From a virus: a DNA stretch of 45,809 bases. Position numbers and translations under genes: made by a program. Shown here in pieces: positions 7,773 through 14,209 of this stretch (position 1 is the stretch's first letter; each line of letters starts with the position of its first letter). The stretch covers positions 1 through 45,809 of the IMG/VR virus record IMGVR_UViG_3300032770_000036; one strand, 5' to 3'. Under the pieces are notes generated by a model. That model did no database searches, had not been told where the DNA came from, and saw nothing but the letters and a program-made list of their open reading frames with translations.

Positions 7773-8175
7773 AGTGGCGTTTCCACCGCGCACGGGCCGC
7801 GCGCAACGCCGACGCGGAGCGCGCCGCGGGGGTCATCTTGTCGGCCAGGGCGTGACCGCCTTTCTGTTGCCGCGTCCGCGCATTTTTTTTCGACGAACCC
7901 GCTTCTCCGCCTAGAGCCTGCTCAGGATTTCCGGGATGCGTGCTGACAGCGCGCATCAACACGATTTCGAGGTCAAGCGCACCCAGGACCGCGTCGAGCG
8001 ACATGTCGCCGAATTTGCGGATCCCGACTTCGAGCTTATTCACATAGCCGCCGTGCAATCCCGCGAGCTCGTTGAGCGCTTCCTGCGTGAGGCCGAGCGC
8101 CCGCCGGCGCGCCGCGAGCGCCCGCCGCAGCCCCTCATAGCTCGCGACCCTCGCGATCTCCCCGCCTTCGTTCAT
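7723..8175 (-). CDS. XRE-family HTH regulator (150 aa)
   Basis: The HTH reads LRRALAARRRALGLTQEALNELAGLHGGYVNKLEVG and the C-terminus carries an ...AARARW motif. The start was moved to ATG 8175. Confidence 0.7.
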   Translation of the reverse strand: MNEGGEIARVASYEGLRRALAARRRALGLTQEALNELAGLHGGYVNKLEVGIRKFGDMSLDAVLGALDLEIVLMRAVSTHPGNPEQALGGEAGSSKKNARTRQQKGGHALADKMTPAARSASALRAARARWKRHFKGRRREARPKGGADA

Positions 8176-8399
8176 GGCTTCTGGCAAGCCTCGCGCTCGA
8201 CGATTTCCCCATATCGACAGACGATTTTGCGCCAGGCGCCAGGAGGGGCTCTGCACTTGTCGAGGCCGCCCACGATGAGGATCTCCATATAGTCGACGCA
8301 GGAGTTAGCGCCTTCGGGACAGCCTGTCCGGCAAAAGTCCGTCGGCGGCCGCGCCGCCTGCGCCGTCAGAATGAGGGCCACCACGATCATCGTCTTCAT
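8172..8399 (-). CDS. Small secreted Cys-rich protein (75 aa)
   Basis: Signal-like N-terminus MKTMIVVALILTAQAA, followed by six Cys residues. Confidence 0.5.
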   Translation of the reverse strand: MKTMIVVALILTAQAARPPTDFCRTGCPEGANSCVDYMEILIVGGLDKCRAPPGAWRKIVCRYGEIVEREACQKP

Positions 8400-8974
8400 C
8401 TCGTTTCTCCCGCCGCGAGCTTCGCGAGCCCGTCCTGCAGGCTCTTGACCTGCTCGTGCGTCGCCATCTTCGGCGGCTCGGCTGTCAGCGCGGGCGCGTC
8501 GAGCAGCTTCGCTATCTGCGCGAGCTCATGGCGATGAGGCGCTTCGCGCTTGCGGATCTCGGCGAGCAGCTTCGCGACGGAGGGCCGCCAACCGTCGCCG
8601 AGCGCGCCCTTCCGGAACGCCGCGCAAACATCTGTCAGCGCCCAAGCTGTCACGCCGAACAGGTCTTGCATGTCCTGGCGCATGAGCGCGGCTGCTTCCT
8701 CGCGGCTTGCGACCGTCTGCGAGGGCATGCCGCCGAGGCTGGCGAGCGAGCGCATGACGAAATCCGCCGGCGCGACGGCGAGCGCCTGCTCGAGCTCGAC
8801 GCGCCGCCGGCTGAGCGCCGTCACGACGCCGGAGCCGACGACGCCGCGGTGCAGGCGCCCATCAGCGAGCGCCTCTAAGCCAGCGTTCAAGCTCATCGTC
8901 AGAGCGTAGTGCAGGGGCGGCGGGGCTCGCGCCGGCAGTGTCGGGGTCTGTGGGACTGTGGGCGTGATATTCAT
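8396..8974 (-). CDS. Hypothetical protein (192 aa)
   Basis: Track ORF with AAGGAG 7 nt upstream of ATG 8974 and high GC3. Confidence 0.55.
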   Translation of the reverse strand: MNITPTVPQTPTLPARAPPPLHYALTMSLNAGLEALADGRLHRGVVGSGVVTALSRRRVELEQALAVAPADFVMRSLASLGGMPSQTVASREEAAALMRQDMQDLFGVTAWALTDVCAAFRKGALGDGWRPSVAKLLAEIRKREAPHRHELAQIAKLLDAPALTAEPPKMATHEQVKSLQDGLAKLAAGETR

Positions 8975-9539
8975 CGTGCATCTCCTTCAGCGCTGCCATT
9001 CGGGGGGAAAGCGGGCCATCACGCGCGGCGGGCGGCCCGCGCGGCAGTTGCTCGGCGGCGCGGCGCACCCAATTGCGCCAGGTCGCCGACCAGTCGAGCT
9101 TCGCCGCGTCGGCGCCGGCCTTGGCGCGCCAGAAGTCGCAGAACTTGCCGAGCTCGTCGTGACAGGCCGCCGACGAGGGAAGCCGATCGCGAGCGAACTG
9201 GCGATCGGCTTCAGATGGCTTCCAATCGTCGGGTAAGCGCGTCGCGCGCGCGGATTTTTGAGTGGGAGTGGAGAGGGTTTGTTTTTCTTTAGAGGGGGGA
9301 GCGGGGGGAGGGATTTCTTTTTCAGGGGGAGGCGAACCAAGCGTCTTGTTTAAGACGCTTTCAGACGTTTCAGACGCTTTAAGACGCTCTTTCCGCGCCT
9401 GGTAGTAGCGCGCGTTGCGCTCTTGGCGGGCGGTCTTCATCGGGATCGCGTTGCGCTCGAAGGCCTCGGCGGCGTCGAGCGCCTGCTCGATCGAGAAGCC
9501 CCGCGCGAGGAGCTCGCGTATCGCCGCTGTCACGCTCAC
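8862..9539 (-). CDS. Candidate replication-initiation/DNA-binding protein (225 aa, GTG start) with internal iterons
   Basis: The track ORF is 8862..9788. The GTG at 9539 overlaps the stop of the upstream gene (GTGA). The C-terminal W-rich motif reads LPDDWKPSEADRQFA...FCDFWRAKAG...DWSATWRNWVRRA. Tandem repeats lie at 9339-9388. Confidence 0.45.
   Translation of the reverse strand: MSVTAAIRELLARGFSIEQALDAAEAFERNAIPMKTARQERNARYYQARKERLKASETSESVLNKTLGSPPPEKEIPPPAPPSKEKQTLSTPTQKSARATRLPDDWKPSEADRQFARDRLPSSAACHDELGKFCDFWRAKAGADAAKLDWSATWRNWVRRAAEQLPRGPPAARDGPLSPRMAALKEMHDEYHAHSPTDPDTAGASPAAPALRSDDELERWLRGAR
9339..9388. repeat. Iteron-like cluster: inverted AAGCGTCTT/AAGACGCTT plus four tandem 9-10-bp T(A/C)AGACG(C)TT units
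   Basis: Direct reading gives aagcgtcttgtttaagacgctttcagacgtttcagacgctttaagacgct. Confidence 0.6.
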
Positions 9540-9784
9540 CCGCGCACCTGCAGCGCCAACCGGAACAAGTCTTGCCGGAACACGTTCAGCGCGTTGTCTT
9601 CGTCCCTCGGCGTGCAGGCCATGCGGAGCTCGTGCTCGGCGCCGGCGACGTTGAACGCGATGACGACGTGCTTCGTCTTCCAGACGCGCACATCGCGCGC
9701 GCCGATCTCGGCGAGTAGGTCGAGGGCGCCCGAGACATGGCGGCCGACCCGCCGGGGATGATGGATCGGCTCGCCGCGCATCAC
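9536..9784 (-). CDS. Hypothetical protein (82 aa)
   Basis: Track ORF with high GC3 and an ATGA overlap with the upstream gene. Confidence 0.55.
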   Translation of the reverse strand: MMRGEPIHHPRRVGRHVSGALDLLAEIGARDVRVWKTKHVVIAFNVAGAEHELRMACTPRDEDNALNVFRQDLFRLALQVRG

Positions 9785-10002
9785 TCATCCGTGTCCTCGA
9801 TGAGCGCCCGGATGACAGCTTCCTTCGCGGCCGCCTCTTTCAGCACCGTCGCCGCCTGGCGCAGCGCGCCGTGGATATAGTCGGCCTGCGCGTCGTTCAG
9901 CCGGTATTCGCGCTTCAGCGCTGCGCGCGGGTCGCGCTCATAGAGCCGCAGCAGCGTCTCGCCGAGCGTCGCGAACTTCGTCGGCGGGAGCTTATTTGAC
10001 AT
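9781..10002 (-). CDS. Hypothetical protein (73 aa)
   Basis: Track ORF, tightly packed in the operon. Confidence 0.55.
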   Translation of the reverse strand: MSNKLPPTKFATLGETLLRLYERDPRAALKREYRLNDAQADYIHGALRQAATVLKEAAAKEAVIRALIEDTDE

Positions 10003-10360
10003 CGAGCGTCGCCGCGCCTTCGTGGCGACGCTCGATGCGCGCGCTCCAGATTTCGGGCGGCTGGCCGCTCCTCAACTCGAAAAACGTGCAGGCCTTCGCC
10101 TGATGAGGGACCGCCGGGCCTTGAACGCCGGAGCTAAGCTGCGCGAAACGCTGACAGCGCTTCGGCTCAAGCTGGCCGTGGTGATCGTAACGGAAGCTCT
10201 TAACGCCCCAGAATTTGCATTCGCGGCACGTGTGCTTCGCGTCGGCCAGGCCCCACGAGGCCATGCCTGGGAACGAATTGCTGATCCTCTCGCTCATCTC
10301 CGGCGAATGACCCTTGGTCAGCCTCGGATCCCGGAAGCCCGGCGCTCGCAAGCTCGTCAT
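9992..10360 (-). CDS. Cys-containing hypothetical protein (122 aa)
   Basis: AGGGAGG lies 6 nt upstream of ATG 10360, and GC3 is high from the first codon. The sequence contains CRECKFW...CQRF...C. Confidence 0.55.
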   Translation of the reverse strand: MTSLRAPGFRDPRLTKGHSPEMSERISNSFPGMASWGLADAKHTCRECKFWGVKSFRYDHHGQLEPKRCQRFAQLSSGVQGPAVPHQAKACTFFELRSGQPPEIWSARIERRHEGAATLDVK

Positions 10361-10769
10361 CCCAGACCTCCCTTGTCGACGTCACGCGCACGCGCATCTC
10401 CGTGCCGCGGCCGTGCCAGCGAACCTCGATCGATTGCGTCAGATTGTCGTTCTGGATCACGCCGCAGAGCGCGAGCATGTCGAGCGTCGGCTTGATGATC
10501 CCGTCGAGATCAGCGCCGCGCGTCGAGCGCTCAGATGACAGCCAAAAGGCGAAGGGACCGCGCACGCCGCCGGGACGCTGCAGGGCGATCTGTTTCGCCG
10601 CGCTTTCGCGCCACTCGCGATATGCAGATGTCTTTATGCGTCCCTTGCCAGGCTTGTTCGCGTAGAGCCCATTCACGCCGGGCGGCCGGTCGAACCAAAG
10701 CTGCACCGTCTCCACGGGACTGAGAAGGCTCCACGGGGGCGGGAGCTGTGCTTTCAGGGACCGGCCCAA
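10200..10769 (-). CDS. rusA: RusA-like Holliday-junction resolvase (the long 3' tail overlaps the next gene)
   Basis: ADLDGIIKPTLDMLALCGVIQNDNLTQSIEVRW matches the RusA acidic core pattern DxD..K..xD......DD/ND. The start is TTG 10769, and GC3 decays after about residue 135. Confidence 0.6.
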   Translation of the reverse strand: MGRSLKAQLPPPWSLLSPVETVQLWFDRPPGVNGLYANKPGKGRIKTSAYREWRESAAKQIALQRPGGVRGPFAFWLSSERSTRGADLDGIIKPTLDMLALCGVIQNDNLTQSIEVRWHGRGTEMRVRVTSTREVWDDELASAGLPGSEADQGSFAGDEREDQQFVPRHGLVGPGRREAHVPRMQILGR

Positions 10770-10771
10770 GG

Positions 10772-11089
10772 CTAGGCCGCCTCTTCCTGCTGCTCCCGCC
10801 CCCGCTCTCGGCGCCTACGCCGCCGCCTAGCGCGGCCTTCGCGCCAAACCTCTTTCGCGAATTCTGGCGCGATCTCCTGCACGCCGATCTTGCGCCCTGT
10901 GGCGGCCGAGACACGCATCGCGATTTGCAGCGTCGGCTCTTTGTATTTGCGCATCACGCGATGAAAATAATTGCGCGAAAATCCGCATAGCCGCTCAAGC
11001 GCCGCCCAGCCGCCGACGAGCTCCGCGGCTCGCGCAAGCGCTTGTTTCCACTCTGGCAGCTCGTCAGAAGATGCTTGAGGATCTGTCAT
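10772..11089 (-). CDS. Cro/YdaS-like HTH protein (105 aa), divergent from the repressor gene
   Basis: Track ORF. Its position opposite the CI-like gene supports the call, and it has a basic C-terminal tail. Confidence 0.6.
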   Translation of the reverse strand: MTDPQASSDELPEWKQALARAAELVGGWAALERLCGFSRNYFHRVMRKYKEPTLQIAMRVSAATGRKIGVQEIAPEFAKEVWREGRARRRRRRRERGREQQEEAA

Positions 11090-11123
11090 CCCAGATTACC
11101 GGCGATTGATGCTTTGGCGATAA

Positions 11124-11152
11124 ATTCTTACACGCTTTAGCGTGTTGGTCAA
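11124..11152 (-). promoter_or_regulatory. Leftward promoter TTGACC-17-AAGAAT with the operator in the spacer
   Basis: The -35 is the reverse complement of 11147-11152 and the -10 is the reverse complement of 11124-11129. The 17-nt spacer contains the perfect palindrome at 11131-11144. Confidence 0.5.
11131..11144. promoter_or_regulatory. Operator palindrome CACGCTTTAGCGTG
   Basis: Perfect inverted repeat, identical to the site at 17514-17527. Confidence 0.6.
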
Positions 11153-11157
11153 GACAC

Positions 11158-11186
11158 TTGAACAGCACGCAAAAGAGTGTTAATCA
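11158..11186 (+). promoter_or_regulatory. Rightward promoter TTGAAC-17-TAATCA with an imperfect operator in the spacer
   Basis: The -35 is at 11158-11163 and the -10 at 11181-11186. The spacer contains CACGCAAAAGAGTG (11166-11179). Confidence 0.5.
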
Positions 11187-11281
11187 TTTCCGAAAATCGC
11201 ATACGAAATAATGGCTTTCGCGTGCAAGGGTGTCACAAATTCTGCATATACCCGCGTTCGATGTTAACAGGAGGGTGTGTT

Positions 11282-11986
11282 ATGACCGACAACAATGGCG
11301 ATGACGGAACCGGCTTCGTGCCAGCCCTCAGGCCGGCGACTACCCTGGCCCCGGACGACCCCCACGGGTTCGACGCGCGGATTAGGGAGCTTGGTCTCAC
11401 GCCGTACAGCTTTGCGATTGAAATCGGGCAGGATCCGCAAAAGCTGTACCGGCTCATCAAACCGACAAAGAGCGGCGCCTACCCGAGATCGGCCGCCTTT
11501 AAAGAGATCGTCAGAGCCCTCGAAGCCCTGGAAAAGGGGAGACTTGGCGGTCGGCGTCATACCCCTACGCGGTTGCCGGGCGCGAAGTTTCGCCATAGCT
11601 CTGCGAAGAGCGAAACGACGGTTTTCTCGACGATGATCGAGCCGGACGGCTCGGTCAAGGTCGCCGAGCACGCCCACGCTTACGCGCGCGTCCCCGCGTC
11701 GCTGGACGAAGTCTCCGGCGTCATCGGCATTATCGTCCGCGACAACGCCATGACGCCGGTCTACCGGCCCGGCGATACGCTGATCCTCAATCCCGCCGGA
11801 GTGCCGCAGCCCGGGAGCGGCGTCGCGCTTCTGCGCGCCGGCGAGCTCATCCTGCGCGAATATGTCGACGAGACGCCGGACAAGTGGATCGTCCGCCGCT
11901 ACGGCCGCGAGCCCGCGGAAGAAACGATCCTGAAACACGCCGGTCAGCGCGCCTACGTCGTCTCAGCGCTCTACCCGGGGCGATAA
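11282..11986 (+). CDS. CI-like repressor: N-terminal HTH plus an S24 (LexA-like) C-terminal domain with a substituted catalytic dyad
   Basis: AGGAGG lies 8 nt upstream of ATG 11282. VRDNAMTPVYRPGD aligns with lambda CI EVEGNSM...GD, and ELILREY aligns with FTFKKL. Confidence 0.7.
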   Translation: MTDNNGDDGTGFVPALRPATTLAPDDPHGFDARIRELGLTPYSFAIEIGQDPQKLYRLIKPTKSGAYPRSAAFKEIVRALEALEKGRLGGRRHTPTRLPGAKFRHSSAKSETTVFSTMIEPDGSVKVAEHAHAYARVPASLDEVSGVIGIIVRDNAMTPVYRPGDTLILNPAGVPQPGSGVALLRAGELILREYVDETPDKWIVRRYGREPAEETILKHAGQRAYVVSALYPGR

Positions 11987-12018
11987 ATGCGCGTCACAGG
12001 GTCAACACGCATTTACGA

Positions 12019-12047
12019 TTGACGTCTATCGCAAAAGCGTGTATTCC
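12019..12047 (+). promoter_or_regulatory. Promoter TTGACG-17-TATTCC with operator ATCGCAAAAGCGTG (12028-12041) in the spacer
   Basis: Direct reading. The operator-in-spacer layout is the same as at the immunity switch. Confidence 0.5.
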
Positions 12048-12080
12048 TTGCTATCGGAACACGAAGCAAGGCGCACGCAA

Positions 12081-12368
12081 ATGCGAGAAGGCGAAGCGGA
12101 GCGGTATTTTCGCGAATTCATCCTCCCCGCTTGCCGGAAGATAGGTGACACGGGCGAGCTCATCGCGGTCCTGCAGGGGCAGGTTGAGGCGTGGGAGCTC
12201 GTCAGGGATCGCGAGCCCGACGCGCCGCGCAAGCTTGCCTATCTTCAGATGACGCTGCTGCTGATCGAGGCCCGGACGCGCAACAGCGTCGAGGCCTTGC
12301 AGCGCGCGATCGACGCCGCGGTCGAGGCCTGCGAGATCGATAAGCTGCGCGCCGAGGGCGTGCTGTGA
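12081..12368 (+). CDS. Hypothetical protein (95 aa; start moved to ATG 12081)
   Basis: Track ORF 12039..12368. The GTG at 12039 lies inside the operator. Confidence 0.5.
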   Translation: MREGEAERYFREFILPACRKIGDTGELIAVLQGQVEAWELVRDREPDAPRKLAYLQMTLLLIEARTRNSVEALQRAIDAAVEACEIDKLRAEGVL

Positions 12369-13261
12369 TCGTGCTCACGCCCCCGGTGGGCGCTCCCGGC
12401 TTCTATGAGATGACCGCGGCGGAATATCACGCCGACCCGTGTCCGATACCGTCGCTGTCCGCCAGCATCGCGAAAAAGCTCTTGCGGCAGACGCCCAAGC
12501 ACGCCTGGGCCGCCCATCCGCGCCTCTGCGCGCAGATCCCGGACGATCCGACGCCCGCCATGCTGTTCGGCTCCGTCGTGCATAAGCTCGTGCTCGGCGC
12601 CGGCGCGCGGATCAAGGTCATCGACGCCGAGGACTATCGCTCGAAAGACGCGCAGCGCGCGCGCGACCTGGCGCTCGCCTCCGGCCGCCTGCCTATCCTG
12701 GCGAAGAAATTCGACGAGGCCGATCTTATCGCCGAGCATGTCAGAACGCGTGTGCAGCGCGCCGCGCCGCGCATGTTCACTGGCAGGCCCGAGCTCGTCG
12801 CCATCTGGCAGGAAGGCGATGTGTGGTGTCGCGCGATGATGGACAGCTACCAGCTCGCCGGCGGCCTCGCCTTGATTGACGACCTGAAGACCAGCGGCCA
12901 GGATATCTCGCCGCTCGGCGTCGGGAAGACGATCGCGAATATGGGCTATGAGATCCAGGCCGCCTTCTACTCGCTGGCGAGCCTGCGCCTCGCGCCAGAC
13001 GCCATGCCGACGTTCCGCTTCGCGTTCGCCGAAACCGAGCCGCCCTACGAGGCGAGCATCGTCGAGCTGACAGGCGCGGCTTTCGAGATCGGCCGCCGCC
13101 AGGTGAGCGCCGCGATCGAGCTGTGGCGGCGTTGCCTGAAGTCCAACGAATGGCCCGGCTATCCCGACACGCCCATACGCGCCGACCTGCCGCCCTGGCA
13201 CGTCGGCTCGTGGGAACAGCGCGAGCAGGACGACCCGCTGCTTGAGGGGGTGAGTTACTGA
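12365..13261 (+). CDS. PD-(D/E)XK exonuclease (RecE/YqaJ-type recombination nuclease)
   Basis: The motifs are ...EYHADP..., LIDDLKTSG and YEIQAAFY (D...DxK...QxxxY pattern). It overlaps the upstream gene by 4 nt. Confidence 0.7.
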   Translation: MIVLTPPVGAPGFYEMTAAEYHADPCPIPSLSASIAKKLLRQTPKHAWAAHPRLCAQIPDDPTPAMLFGSVVHKLVLGAGARIKVIDAEDYRSKDAQRARDLALASGRLPILAKKFDEADLIAEHVRTRVQRAAPRMFTGRPELVAIWQEGDVWCRAMMDSYQLAGGLALIDDLKTSGQDISPLGVGKTIANMGYEIQAAFYSLASLRLAPDAMPTFRFAFAETEPPYEASIVELTGAAFEIGRRQVSAAIELWRRCLKSNEWPGYPDTPIRADLPPWHVGSWEQREQDDPLLEGVSY

Positions 13262-13318
13262 GTTTGAGGAGGGGCTGGCCTGGGTGAGGTCAGGTCAGGT
13301 ATGGTCGGGTGTGGCGCG

Positions 13319-13354
13319 CCTCATCAAATAAGCTTCACGGATTATTTGATGAGG
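13319..13354. repeat. Hairpin 1: CCTCATCAAATAA / TTATTTGATGAGG, 13-bp perfect stem with a 10-nt loop
   Basis: Direct reading. Confidence 0.8.
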
Positions 13355-13403
13355 TTCGGCAGGTGGGGGTCCGGTAGGCCGAGGTAAGGTCGGGCATGGC
13401 GAG

Positions 13404-13443
13404 CTTCATCAAATAATCGTGCTGCGGCGAGTATTTGATGAGG
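13404..13443. repeat. Hairpin 2: CTTCATCAAATA / TATTTGATGAGG, 12-bp stem (one T-G pair) with a 16-nt loop
   Basis: Direct reading. The stem sequence is the same as in hairpin 1 but the loop differs. Confidence 0.8.
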
Positions 13444-13576
13444 CCCGCCTCGGTGCGGCATGGCTTGGCGAGGTCGGGTACGGTGTGGTTCGGTGAGCAA
13501 TGGTCAGGCGCGGCACGGGCCGCCTCGGTCTGGCGAGGTATGGCAACTAATTTGGTCTTAGCAAGGGGATGAGAGA

Positions 13577-14191
13577 ATGACAAAGCATGTGAAGAGCGAA
13601 CAAGTCACCAATGGGGCGAGGGATGCGGTTGAAGCTGGTATCCCATATGTGGTTTCGGTCACGATCGAGGGGAGCGCGGACATCTTGTTTCATCGCTGGA
13701 ACAACGAAGCCGTCGCCGCCAAGGCGGCCGCGAAAAAGGGCTCCGCGGAAAAGAAGACGGACAATGTCGAGACCTTCGTCTATCGAGACGAGAGGGGTCA
13801 AATCGCATTGCCTGGCGAGTATCTTCGGCAATCGATCATCAACGCGGCGAAGTTCAAGCAAGACCCGCGCTCTCCACGCAAAAGTGCGATGGACCTCTAC
13901 AAGGCCGGGGTTATCGCGCTTACGCCACTTGCGAGTTTCGGCAAAGAGAAGTGGGATTACGAAGACCGCCGAAGGGTGACAGTCCAGCGCGCCGGCGTCA
14001 CCCGCGTTCGACCGGCCATGACCAAGGGCTGGAAACTGACGTTCGATTTTCTCGTCAATCTTCCTGAGTACATAGACGCGAACGATCTGCGAGAAACGAT
14101 CGAGAGCGCCGGCAAGCTTGTAGGTCTAGGCGACTTCAGGCCGACCTACGGGCGGTTCGGGATCGTGTCGTTTGCGGCACGACTGCCTTAG
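13577..14191 (+). CDS. Unknown protein (204 aa) between the exonuclease and the ATPase
   Basis: Track ORF with AAGGGGA 8 nt upstream of the ATG and high GC3. I recognise no family. Confidence 0.65.
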   Translation: MTKHVKSEQVTNGARDAVEAGIPYVVSVTIEGSADILFHRWNNEAVAAKAAAKKGSAEKKTDNVETFVYRDERGQIALPGEYLRQSIINAAKFKQDPRSPRKSAMDLYKAGVIALTPLASFGKEKWDYEDRRRVTVQRAGVTRVRPAMTKGWKLTFDFLVNLPEYIDANDLRETIESAGKLVGLGDFRPTYGRFGIVSFAARLP

Positions 14192-14209
14192 TTTCCTCTG
14201 CCTCGCCGC

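Larger units (their letters stand above)
13283..13546 (+). repeat. 5-nt-phased GGYNN tracts (13283-13317, 13368-13402, 13452-13546) interleaved with two AT-rich hairpins
   Basis: Direct reading. In 13452-13546, 17 of 19 consecutive pentamers start with GG. Confidence 0.8.

Noticed and set aside
11211-11267. An 18-codon upstream ORF (MAFACKGVTNSAYTRVRC) in the leader of the repressor gene
   Set aside because: There is no ribosome-binding site, it is very short, and nothing indicates it is more than chance.
13319-13443. The twin hairpins as rho-independent terminators
   Set aside because: The stems are AT-rich, and neither orientation is followed by a U-run.
13335-13583. Minus-strand 82-aa ORF across the repeat region
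   Set aside because: It spans hairpins and 5-nt-periodic tracts that cannot be coding. It has no ribosome-binding site and would be antisense to the operon.
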